From the IMG/VR virus record IMGVR_UViG_3300045988_168232, positions 32,001 to 96,000 of that record: a stretch of DNA of 64,000 nt; one strand, written 5' to 3'. Both the position numbers and the translations under genes were made by a program. Under the pieces are notes generated by a model that saw only the letters and a program-made list of their open reading frames with translations, did no database searches and had not been told where the DNA came from. Origin of the DNA: a virus. Of this stretch, positions 9,160 through 17,913 are shown piece by piece. The stretch's first letter is position 1. The number at the start of each line of letters is the position of its first letter.

Positions 9160-10002
9160 TTATTGTAAGTCTATTGGTTTGAATGTTGACTGAAGTGCCA
9201 CATCATACCAGTAATCTTCCGCTTTTTGTATTGGAATCTCTACCGCTATGGATTTCTGTTTGTTTGCTTTATTCCATTCTTGTACTTTATTTTTGGAAAA
9301 AGTATACATGCCAATCGGCCTCTGCCTTAAAGTTGCTTTATCATTAAAGCAACTGAATATATCTACTTCTTCAACATATAAATGTTCTTTGTATTTTTGC
9401 TTGAACAGAATCCAATTGTCCACTTGGTATTTATTGTAGAACAATGCCCAGCAATATATGGCAACTTCCATGTCTGTGAGTTTATCCCATCCGTTATTTG
9501 CATCATCCTCTGCAAGCATAATGATTTGGCGGAGATATGTCCTATTTGCTTGGACATGTTCACGTGAAATTTCATATTTCTGTAAAATATCAGGAACAAT
9601 TCCGCATAAGTTCATTACCCCTTCTTTGGTAATCATATAATCACCATCTGTTTCAGGAAATTTAAAAATAAGATGAAGCCTTTTATGGTCATACGCATTT
9701 ATTTTACGGATAGAATATGATTTTCCCCATATACGCACTTGTTTATGATTAGATGCAGCATCATTAAAATCAGATTCTATATCAATTACAAGTCTATCAA
9801 GTATTTTTTTAGGAATTTTGAATCCCCACATATCATCAGGGCTAAATTTATCATCACATTCTTCCGCGTCAGTTTGAAATGTATCAAAAAGACAACTGAG
9901 TGCATACGCAGCGTGCAACATGTAAGGTTGATCGCTAACCTCCCAAGGTTCATGCATCAAGATATCTAAATCTGAAGCACTGTAAGATTGATAGTTATTC
10001 AT
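9160..10002 (-). CDS. hypothetical protein
   Basis: 280-aa ORF. No recognisable motif. Confidence 0.55.
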   Translation of the reverse strand: MNNYQSYSASDLDILMHEPWEVSDQPYMLHAAYALSCLFDTFQTDAEECDDKFSPDDMWGFKIPKKILDRLVIDIESDFNDAASNHKQVRIWGKSYSIRKINAYDHKRLHLIFKFPETDGDYMITKEGVMNLCGIVPDILQKYEISREHVQANRTYLRQIIMLAEDDANNGWDKLTDMEVAIYCWALFYNKYQVDNWILFKQKYKEHLYVEEVDIFSCFNDKATLRQRPIGMYTFSKNKVQEWNKANKQKSIAVEIPIQKAEDYWYDVALQSTFKPIDLQ

Positions 10003-10285
10003 CGTCTGGAAGTATTGAATTAATGGATTGAAGCAAATCAGTGGAATAAGGAGAATTATTTGTAATCATATTCATTACATTCAATTTGAGAATACGATAA
10101 ATGGCGGCACCAATAGGATTGTTTGGCTGGTGCATACAGGAAAAGATAGCTTGTGCTATATTGTCCGAATTTCCATGTGTTACGGCTCCACACCGTCCTT
10201 CTTTATGGGAAATGATAAATATATCTGCATCTTTTCCCATGATTTTTTTAGCTTCTCGAAGCAAATTGTCTGTTTTTGTCTCCAT
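9995..10285 (-). CDS. hypothetical protein
   Basis: 96-aa ORF overlapping the downstream gene by 8 nt, which suggests coupling. Confidence 0.5.
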   Translation of the reverse strand: METKTDNLLREAKKIMGKDADIFIISHKEGRCGAVTHGNSDNIAQAIFSCMHQPNNPIGAAIYRILKLNVMNMITNNSPYSTDLLQSINSILPDDE

Positions 10286-10297
10286 GAGGATTTTGGA

Positions 10298-10888
10298 TTA
10301 TTGATTGACACTGCTCTCATCATTTAATATATCTTTTTTGTTGATGAAGAATCCACAATGTTCATCACCAATCTTCCATTTTGGAGGAATCGAATTATAT
10401 GGTCCGGCTCCATCATTTTCTTGCTCTGTATTATATCTGAAGCAATGATACCTATCTAAGCAGGCACGGGCATTGCATGTTTTGTTTGTCCTTTTTAATT
10501 GTCGGTATGCCTTTAGAGTAATTTCAACTACAGTAGGATGAAATTTATCCAAGAAACGATCTGGTATGGTTCCTATAGTCCATATATCGTTTGATTGAAG
10601 CAAGGAGCTGTCAGGACGCATAAAATAGCGCATTTTACCTTTTCCCCCTAAAATAAGGGTTTTATCCTTTTTGTCAGCTACTGGATGTATTCTTAAACAC
10701 TTGTTATTAATCACTTCAAGATATTTAGGGGGATAATCAATTATATCTTGCCAGAATGCACATTCGTAACAGATTTTTTTCTGTTTCATTATGCGGCTTA
10801 TGTGATTTTGAGAATCATATCCATGCAAAAGCATTTTTATTCCGCAGCATTTACAATATCCAATATGACTGAATAATTTTACCGTCAT
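10298..10888 (-). CDS. Cys-rich hypothetical protein
   Basis: 196 aa with several CxxC pairs (CKCCG, CYEC). Confidence 0.55.
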   Translation of the reverse strand: MTVKLFSHIGYCKCCGIKMLLHGYDSQNHISRIMKQKKICYECAFWQDIIDYPPKYLEVINNKCLRIHPVADKKDKTLILGGKGKMRYFMRPDSSLLQSNDIWTIGTIPDRFLDKFHPTVVEITLKAYRQLKRTNKTCNARACLDRYHCFRYNTEQENDGAGPYNSIPPKWKIGDEHCGFFINKKDILNDESSVNQ

Positions 10889-10892
10889 ACCT

Positions 10893-11486
10893 TTATATTT
10901 CTATAGAGTTAAAGATGCTGGAAATCTCATCATCGCGTATTCCTAGATATATCATGGTTGTATCTATGCTTGTGTGTTTAAAAATACGATTTAGATATAC
11001 CAATGATTTTTCAGTTCTTCCACTCTTTTCATATACATATCTACCGAATGTCTTTCTAAAAGTGTGTGTGCTGAAATTGTCTATGTCAAGCTCATACTGA
11101 ATCGCCCACTGTTTCAGTGTTCGATTAATATATTGTATAGATACCGGCTTGTTTTCATTTCCCTTTTTATTGGCTAAAATAAAATCTCGTTTATTCGGTT
11201 TCCCCATTCGTTCATATAAGGTAGTAAAATGGTCAGAGGCATTTTGACCAATTGGTATAACATGGGTTTTACCTGTTTTTTTTGCTATAGCAATGACTTT
11301 TCGTTGATTAAGAATATCACACCATTTTAATTTGCATACATCAGAGAAACGTAATCCGGTACAGAAAGACAGTATGCAATAGCAGGCCCACCAATATTTT
11401 TTTTCATTTATCAGTGCTTGTACAAGTTTCTGATAATCACTGTACGGCAAATAATCTGCCGTTGTTATACTTCCTTTTTGGCTCAT
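10893..11486 (-). CDS. short tyrosine recombinase (phage integrase family, catalytic domain only)
   Basis: GLRFSDV (Arg), HTFRKTF (HxxR) and MIYLG (Tyr) occur in the canonical order. At 197 aa there is no room for an arm-binding domain. Confidence 0.7.
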   Translation of the reverse strand: MSQKGSITTADYLPYSDYQKLVQALINEKKYWWACYCILSFCTGLRFSDVCKLKWCDILNQRKVIAIAKKTGKTHVIPIGQNASDHFTTLYERMGKPNKRDFILANKKGNENKPVSIQYINRTLKQWAIQYELDIDNFSTHTFRKTFGRYVYEKSGRTEKSLVYLNRIFKHTSIDTTMIYLGIRDDEISSIFNSIEI

Positions 11487-11556
11487 AACTTTATTATTTT
11501 GGAATTTGGTAATGCAAAATTATCGTTAAAACTAGAATAAGCAAAATATTTTTCAT

Positions 11557-11566
11557 GTTTCACTTT
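11557..11566. promoter_or_regulatory. GTTTCACTTT motif copy
   Basis: Exact 10-mer in the recombinase-dut intergenic region. Confidence 0.45.
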
Positions 11567-11625
11567 CTAATAAAAGTTAAACTAAATATATATAATTGGT
11601 GTTCAAGTGTTTAAATATAGAACTT

Positions 11626-11635
11626 GTTTCACTTT
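11626..11635. promoter_or_regulatory. GTTTCACTTT motif copy
   Basis: Exact 10-mer, a direct repeat of 11557 with starts 69 nt apart. Confidence 0.45.
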
Positions 11636-11688
11636 TTATAATCACTCATGTTACTGACCGGAATTTATATACATTATTATATAGAAAA

Positions 11689-11715
11689 GGGGCGTGTCGT
11701 AAAACAACACGCCCC
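11689..11715 (-). terminator. rho-independent terminator downstream of dut (minus strand)
   Basis: 9-bp GC-rich stem ggggcgtgt/acacgcccc, followed on the minus strand by CTTTTCTAT. Confidence 0.55.
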
Positions 11716-11747
11716 TGGGACCACCGTCCTATCATGTAGTTAAGAGT

Positions 11748-12209
11748 TTACTTAGTGCCAGTATGTCCAAATCCACCTTCTCCACGTTCGGTCTCGGACA
11801 ATTCTGTAACAACTTCGAACGGTTCATTGCAATAATGGCTAATCACCATTTGGGCAATTTTCGTACCTTTCTTTACAACCAATGGAATAGATTCATAGCT
11901 TTTTATAATTACTCCAACTATACCACGGTAACTTTCATCTATTGTACCTATGAGCACATCAACATCAAATCTTTTCGAAGTATCCATATCATCTACAAGA
12001 TATCCTTCAATTCCTTTTAATGAAAACCCGCTACGAGGACGTATTTGAGCTTCTGTTCCAGGTTCCAGCTCTATACTGATATCAAGTTTTATGAGGTTGC
12101 GCCCAGGGCTAATCACAAAATCACATGGGATATATAGGTCATAACCAGCCGCACCCTTTTCAGCTCTTGTGGGCACTTTTGCCCCCGGTGATAACAATTT
12201 TACTTTCAT
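11748..12209 (-). CDS. dut: dUTP diphosphatase
   Basis: Canonical dUTPase motifs: AAGYDLY, RPRSGFS, GTIDESYRG and C-terminal RGEGGFGHTG. Confidence 0.92.
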   Translation of the reverse strand: MKVKLLSPGAKVPTRAEKGAAGYDLYIPCDFVISPGRNLIKLDISIELEPGTEAQIRPRSGFSLKGIEGYLVDDMDTSKRFDVDVLIGTIDESYRGIVGVIIKSYESIPLVVKKGTKIAQMVISHYCNEPFEVVTELSETERGEGGFGHTGTK

Positions 12210-12238
12210 CTTATTTATTATTAATAGTATTGGTTGAT

Positions 12239-12583
12239 TTATTTATTCAGTATTGCAAGATATTCACTTTCTAATATTACAGAAGATTTGAGCATTTTTC
12301 TGGTACTATATATTTTTCTATCTTCACCAATCTCTGCGTCAAAATCAAATAAGGTCAGTTTGCCGATATCATCCGGTTCAATCTGAAAATCGGATGGAAC
12401 AGTTCTCCAATATCTTTTATTTACTGATATTATTTCTCCATAAGCAGCCTTAATAAGCGATTGCCTGAGTGTACCGGTAAGTGTTGCCGCTTCACTGATT
12501 GACTTAAAGATCGCAACCAGAATATACGTTGCGTCAAAAGCAACAATTGTTGTAGGATTGTTATTCGGTTCCCGCTTCGTCAT
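12239..12583 (-). CDS. hypothetical protein, possible NUMOD1-like HTH
   Basis: FKSISEAATLTGTLRQSLIKAAYGEIISVNKRYWR resembles homing-endonuclease-associated HTH modules. No nuclease motif is visible. Confidence 0.4.
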   Translation of the reverse strand: MTKREPNNNPTTIVAFDATYILVAIFKSISEAATLTGTLRQSLIKAAYGEIISVNKRYWRTVPSDFQIEPDDIGKLTLFDFDAEIGEDRKIYSTRKMLKSSVILESEYLAILNK

Positions 12584-13031
12584 TTTTCCTTTCGTTTATT
12601 ATTTCATTAAGAGCTTCTGAAGGCAGTCTTTGAGCTGCCATGCTATAGAGAAAACCATTACTGTATGCTACTCCGTATGATATAGCATCTGTAATAATAC
12701 TATTGAAATACATGCACATCTCGGGGTTTGCAAAAGCAAGAAATATAAAAGCCAATTCTGCTGCTACCAAAATATGTCCATTCGTGTTCTGGTAAAACAG
12801 TTCTGATGTCTTTTTTTGTGACGCTTTAATTAATGGTTCTATAAAATGCTTGTTGGTACGCATAAACACCTTATAGTCTATGTACTGAATTTGATTTTCT
12901 TCAAAGTAAGCAGTATAGTCAAACACCGCTTTGTTCTCTCCCATAGAGCCAAAATACAATCCCTGTATTTCAGGAAGTAGAACCTCGTTAATCTCAAGCT
13001 CTTTAATGAGTGTTGTTGTTTTATAATCCAT
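12561..13031 (-). CDS. hypothetical protein
   Basis: 156-aa ORF co-oriented with its neighbours. Confidence 0.5.
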   Translation of the reverse strand: MDYKTTTLIKELEINEVLLPEIQGLYFGSMGENKAVFDYTAYFEENQIQYIDYKVFMRTNKHFIEPLIKASQKKTSELFYQNTNGHILVAAELAFIFLAFANPEMCMYFNSIITDAISYGVAYSNGFLYSMAAQRLPSEALNEIINERKNDEAGTE

Positions 13032-13034
13032 TAC

Positions 13035-13472
13035 TTATTCTTGTGTGAGTTTTTCTTCAAACACATCCATGATATTTGTCTCTGATATGCTGGTGATTTT
13101 GAAATCAGCCATCGTGCTCTTCATTCCGTCTATAAAGTTTTCAAGTGCATTACGGAAATCAGAAGCTTGTACCAACATATAATTTGCGGTTTGTTTTTCG
13201 ACACCGCTTTTTTCATCAAGCGTAATGAACAAAACCTTAACCTTATACCATCTGTCTCCCTTTTCATCATAGAAGATTTCAGATATGTTTGTTTTCTTAA
13301 CTGCTGAAACCGTAAAATCGCCGGATATATATGGTGTAATCTCCTCAATTATACGTGCCTCAGCTTCAGTAAAAGACAAGGCGTTCACGATATTTGTTTC
13401 AGTAACGCTTTTCAAGGCCCCATCTTCCATTACTTTATTGTAACGGACTTTTGTTTCGATCCAAAATGACAT
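13035..13472 (-). CDS. DUF4494-like protein
   Basis: WIETKVRYNKVMEDGALKSVTE...ALSFTEAEARIIEEITPYISGDFTV matches my recollection of the Bacteroidetes DUF4494 family. Not searched. Confidence 0.5.
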   Translation of the reverse strand: MSFWIETKVRYNKVMEDGALKSVTETNIVNALSFTEAEARIIEEITPYISGDFTVSAVKKTNISEIFYDEKGDRWYKVKVLFITLDEKSGVEKQTANYMLVQASDFRNALENFIDGMKSTMADFKITSISETNIMDVFEEKLTQE

Positions 13473-13508
13473 AATTCTTTCGTTTTAAATTGTTAATATT
13501 AATGTTTA

Positions 13509-13709
13509 TTATCTGATTTCATCAAGATTGATATACAGTGCTTCTTCAGGAACTTTATATGAATCAATCATTTTTGGATGTTTTATCAACCCCCAATTAC
13601 ATTCAGAATATATCTTAAACTTATATGTGTCGTAACTACTGCCAATTTTTACACATATATTACAATCCTCTTTTGGTGGATTAGCCCTTAAATTTTTCCA
13701 GTTTACCAT
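13509..13709 (-). CDS. hypothetical protein
   Basis: 66-aa ORF, first gene of the leftward unit. Confidence 0.4.
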   Translation of the reverse strand: MVNWKNLRANPPKEDCNICVKIGSSYDTYKFKIYSECNWGLIKHPKMIDSYKVPEEALYINLDEIR

Positions 13710-13774
13710 GATTGCATTGTTTTAATTAGTATACTTCATTATATAATAGTATATGATGTACATTGAGTAAATAA

Positions 13775-13784
13775 AAAGTGAAAC
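13775..13784. promoter_or_regulatory. GTTTCACTTT motif copy (inverted orientation, AAAGTGAAAC)
   Basis: Exact reverse complement of the 10-mer, in the divergent early/late intergenic region 144 nt upstream of the portal ATG. Confidence 0.45.
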
Positions 13785-13927
13785 CCAATTTATCATAACA
13801 TGTTGAATATCAGTATTTATTTTCTTTTATTTTTATTTTTAGAGCCGTATACCTTATAAAATCTTGCTGTTCAGTGTTTTCATAGGTTGCTGTACAGCGC
13901 ATCTATTAATAATAAAAAAATAATGAT

Positions 13928-15259
13928 ATGCGTAAACGGACAGCAAATAATTCAAATGGCAATTTCTTTACCGATGAAGCTCTTATAGCGAATTATAATA
14001 TTGTTAAAAAAACAATTGTTGAATATACTGATGAGTTGACCAGAAGATGTCGGTATAAAAGTGTGGTAAGTCAAGTGGATGATGGTGTAGTTATGGATGA
14101 CCGTTCCAGACTTATAGATATGTATGATTCTTGTTATATACAAAATGCACATCTTCAGGGAACAATCGCCACTCTTTTTTCTCAATTGATCGGTAAACGG
14201 TATATGTTTGCCAAAGAAGATAAGGATGGCAAATGGGTTAGGGATCCACAACAATCTCGAATCTGTCAAGGATCACAATTTGAAAAGATTATTAGAGCTA
14301 TTGTCGAATCAGAGCTTTATGGGTACTCACTTATTGAGATTATGCCGGAACTAGATTCGGAAACTGGCTTGCTTAAAGAAGTGAACAGTATTGAAAGACG
14401 ATGCGTATTGCCTGACCAGCGTCGTGTCGTACAGCGTTGGGGACAATGGACACCGGGTTGGGATTTGGATTCTGAACAATACAAGCATAATTATATTCTC
14501 GTGAATAATGGTGGATTTGGATTATTTGCCGCAACCACTCCCAATATTCTTGCCCAAAAATATACATTAAGTAATTGGGTTAATTTCAGTCACACTTATG
14601 GGCAACCGATTATTCATGGAAAGACAGGTGCCGAAGACAATGAGTCAAGAAGCAGGTTGGCACGTAAAATCGCTTCAGCAGCCCAGAATAAGGTTCTTGT
14701 AACCGGCAAAGAGGATGAGATTGACATTAAGGCTTTTACTATGTCAAACTCTGAAAAGATTTATGAGTCGCTTGCGAATTATGTCAATAAGGAGAATGAC
14801 AACTTAATATTAGGGTCTGAATCAATGGCTGGCGGTATGCAGTCTTATGTCGGCTCAACTAAAGCCCATGAGAACATATATCGTGCAAGAATCAATTCTT
14901 ATCGTACAATTGTAGAGAATGTGATGAATGAGCAGGTGGTTCCGGTTCTCAGATATTGGGGAATAATTTCAGATGATGTGTATTTCAAGTACATGACTAA
15001 GGTGGAGATGTCAGACGAGAACAAAATCAAATTGTTCGATATGCTTACCAACAAATATGAAATTGACCCGGAAGAAATAAACAAAGAATGGGGTATCGAA
15101 GTCGGGCAACAACGTAACTTTGAATCCAGTAACGGTAGTGATAGCATAGGTGATTGGGGAGATGGTAATGAAGACGGTCATAGAATGAGCGATGAGGAAT
15201 ATTACAAACGTTATGGGCACCATAGGGATAAAGTAAATTTTCTGTCAGGGGTGCATTAA
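13928..15259 (+). CDS. portal protein
   Basis: 443 aa, first gene of the virion module and directly followed by a MuF-like head morphogenesis gene. Called on size and synteny. Confidence 0.6.
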   Translation: MRKRTANNSNGNFFTDEALIANYNIVKKTIVEYTDELTRRCRYKSVVSQVDDGVVMDDRSRLIDMYDSCYIQNAHLQGTIATLFSQLIGKRYMFAKEDKDGKWVRDPQQSRICQGSQFEKIIRAIVESELYGYSLIEIMPELDSETGLLKEVNSIERRCVLPDQRRVVQRWGQWTPGWDLDSEQYKHNYILVNNGGFGLFAATTPNILAQKYTLSNWVNFSHTYGQPIIHGKTGAEDNESRSRLARKIASAAQNKVLVTGKEDEIDIKAFTMSNSEKIYESLANYVNKENDNLILGSESMAGGMQSYVGSTKAHENIYRARINSYRTIVENVMNEQVVPVLRYWGIISDDVYFKYMTKVEMSDENKIKLFDMLTNKYEIDPEEINKEWGIEVGQQRNFESSNGSDSIGDWGDGNEDGHRMSDEEYYKRYGHHRDKVNFLSGVH

Positions 15260-15303
15260 AAGGCGGATGCACCTCTAAACTTTCACAACAGGTAAAAGCT
15301 GTC

Positions 15304-16146
15304 ATGACAACAGAACAACAAGCTCGACATGATAGTGAATACCAGTCATTACAAGCCTTATTCATATCTTTGTTAAGATCTTTACGTGATGGAAATACAG
15401 AAGAATCTCTTTATGCTTTATGCGAACTCAAGACTGATTTGGCGTTTAAATATGTGCTGGATGGACTTGGGGTGGGTTACGATGAAGCCATTATATTGAT
15501 TCAAAGTGCTAATGACGATAATTTGACACAACATGACAAAGATTTGAGGGATCGTTTGATAGCTGCCATTCAGAACCTTATTGATTTTTCTGTTTGTGAG
15601 GAATACCAGCTTTATGATGAGGCTGTTGAAATGCTGGGGGACGGTGAATTGGATTTTAACTCGGAAGATTATGAAGATTTACTGGCAATATGTGAAAAAT
15701 ATAATGATACATACGCTTCCATTGAAAATAGCGATATTGAATATGCCGGGAAAATAGCTGCCATGTGGATAAGAATGTCTGCCAATGATTATGTCGTGTA
15801 CTGGACCCAAAATGATGCTAAAGTTCGTCCGTGGCACATGGCTTTGCAGGGATATGCGGCACCAAGGGATGAGTTCCCGTCGTGGATGATACCACCAATA
15901 GAGTATAACTGCCGGTGCTTTCTTGAAATTCTTGAAGTTGCTTCTGTGAATGGAAAATTGCGTCAATTTAAAGGGGCGGCTAAAGGTATTGAGAAACCTC
16001 AAAAGATAAATGATGTTTACAGTGAATCTTTAGCTAAATGTGGGAGGATTTTTGGACCGTCACACAATTACTTTACCATAAAGGAGGGTGATAGAGAAAT
16101 GCTTCAAGGCTTTGTAACAAAACTAAAAGAGAAGTATTATGTCTAA
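15304..16146 (+). CDS. head morphogenesis protein (Mu F / SPP1 gp7-like)
   Basis: C-terminal WTQNDAKVRPWHMALQGY...NCRCF is typical of the Phage_Mu_F family. Sits after the portal gene. Confidence 0.72.
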   Translation: MTTEQQARHDSEYQSLQALFISLLRSLRDGNTEESLYALCELKTDLAFKYVLDGLGVGYDEAIILIQSANDDNLTQHDKDLRDRLIAAIQNLIDFSVCEEYQLYDEAVEMLGDGELDFNSEDYEDLLAICEKYNDTYASIENSDIEYAGKIAAMWIRMSANDYVVYWTQNDAKVRPWHMALQGYAAPRDEFPSWMIPPIEYNCRCFLEILEVASVNGKLRQFKGAAKGIEKPQKINDVYSESLAKCGRIFGPSHNYFTIKEGDREMLQGFVTKLKEKYYV

Positions 16147-17050
16147 AGCCAAATTTGATCCAAGTAAATTTTCTACGCGATGGGGAATCCTGTATTATGA
16201 TGGTCAAACAGCCAGCCAATACAGGATAAAACAATATAATAGATACGTTAAAGGAGCTGGTGGACGCATAACGTCAGTCCCCAAACAATATAACAAATAT
16301 TTTAGTCAGGGAACCAGTTTTACAACAAGGCAGGGGCATCTTCAGTCGTGGGCAAAACCATTGACTTTAAGAGGTGGGCAAAACCCTAATTATAATTGGA
16401 GTAGAGTCAGTTATAGTGATTTCGATGGTGTCATAAGAAAAGGTTCTTCAAGTGGTCGTTGGGGTGCAGATATTAATCAAGGCAAAAAGGGTGTTTCTGG
16501 TTCAGCAACTATGCTTGCCGGAACAAAACAGTGGATACGCCAAATACAGATAAGTTTGCACCAGTTATATGTGAGTTCCGAGAATTTTCGTGTTGTTGCA
16601 GGCCGGCGTGCTATGAAAGTATTTCAAAACTCATTTAAGTATCAGCAATTTTATAGTAATAAGTCTCATAAATGGGCTTCGTTATCATCATATACTCTGA
16701 AAAAAAGAGCAAGGCGTGGCACAGGCAGCAAGATATTGAAAGAATATGGCGATTTATATAATTCAATAAGAATAGACGAACACGCAGGCTTATATGCCAC
16801 TCGTGTATATACTGATGTGGTTCATGCCAATGCCTCACACCACAAAAAACATAGTATCTGTTATGCTGGATATCACAATGAAGGGAAAGGTACTTATGGA
16901 AGTGGTTGGAATGGGCATAAGCCTAAATCTTATATCCGCAGACAGTTTATGGGGCATTCAAGTCATCTGGACCCATTTACGGACAATTTCATGAAAAAGA
17001 TGATGAAGCTTTATTTATTCGACAATGTATTCCTCGTCAAGAAGATATAA
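16139..17050 (+). CDS. basic hypothetical virion-module protein
   Basis: 303 aa, rich in Lys, Arg, Gly and Ser. Its start overlaps the MuF stop by 8 nt. Confidence 0.5.
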   Translation: MSKAKFDPSKFSTRWGILYYDGQTASQYRIKQYNRYVKGAGGRITSVPKQYNKYFSQGTSFTTRQGHLQSWAKPLTLRGGQNPNYNWSRVSYSDFDGVIRKGSSSGRWGADINQGKKGVSGSATMLAGTKQWIRQIQISLHQLYVSSENFRVVAGRRAMKVFQNSFKYQQFYSNKSHKWASLSSYTLKKRARRGTGSKILKEYGDLYNSIRIDEHAGLYATRVYTDVVHANASHHKKHSICYAGYHNEGKGTYGSGWNGHKPKSYIRRQFMGHSSHLDPFTDNFMKKMMKLYLFDNVFLVKKI

Positions 17051-17074
17051 GCTATTATCTATAAAGACAATGTT

Positions 17075-17821
17075 ATGATTATAGATAAAAAGAGCAACAA
17101 AGTTCTGAGTGGAAACAAGTCAAGTGTATTTGCTTTAACGGATAAGGAATCAGAGAACCAAGTTGTAGAAACACCCACTCAAATTGAGCCTGGTGGCCCG
17201 ATGGATGTATTAAAAGCCATCAAAGAAATTCTTCGTGGAGTCACGTGGGAATATGGCGTTGAAGGTAGTCCATTGATTTTTAAAACAGTGCAAATAGATG
17301 ATGGTCAATATGAACGAATCATATCTTCAAAAGGAAATCAGGAAGAAACGATGGGGTTCCCTGCCGTTTTTTTTCATTTTATAAATTGGCATTATCTGGT
17401 TCAACAAGCAAGAATAAATGAAGGTCGTGCAGTTCTCAGAATTCGCTTTATACTTAACAGTTTAAATGTCCATGAAGATGGGCATGATATGGATGTGTAT
17501 TATGTGGCTGAACGTATTCATCAGACAATTCAAGAACAGATAAGTCAATATGAATGTCTGCAAGAACGTTGTCAGTTACAATATATTGACCCGATGGAAA
17601 GTTTTGATCATGGCTTACAACCTTGTTGGATGACTTATGAAGTTTGGTTTAAGCAAGCAAATATCTGGATTAGGAGAAATAAGGCGTATAAGAAATTTGT
17701 TTGTCCGCCATTTACAAATCATGCAGATCAAGACAAATCTATTGAAGGAATAAATCCTAATAATCATACAAATCTGGACCATCCAATCACTTATGATGAG
17801 GCTACAGAATTTGCACCATGA
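17075..17821 (+). CDS. hypothetical virion-module protein
   Basis: 248-aa ORF in the head module. Confidence 0.5.
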   Translation: MIIDKKSNKVLSGNKSSVFALTDKESENQVVETPTQIEPGGPMDVLKAIKEILRGVTWEYGVEGSPLIFKTVQIDDGQYERIISSKGNQEETMGFPAVFFHFINWHYLVQQARINEGRAVLRIRFILNSLNVHEDGHDMDVYYVAERIHQTIQEQISQYECLQERCQLQYIDPMESFDHGLQPCWMTYEVWFKQANIWIRRNKAYKKFVCPPFTNHADQDKSIEGINPNNHTNLDHPITYDEATEFAP

Positions 17822-17913
17822 TTTATGTGTAATAATTTGATAATCAGTAATGTATAATTGCTTTTTACATAAATATTTATTATTGCATACTATTACTAAT
17901 AAATTGAAATACA

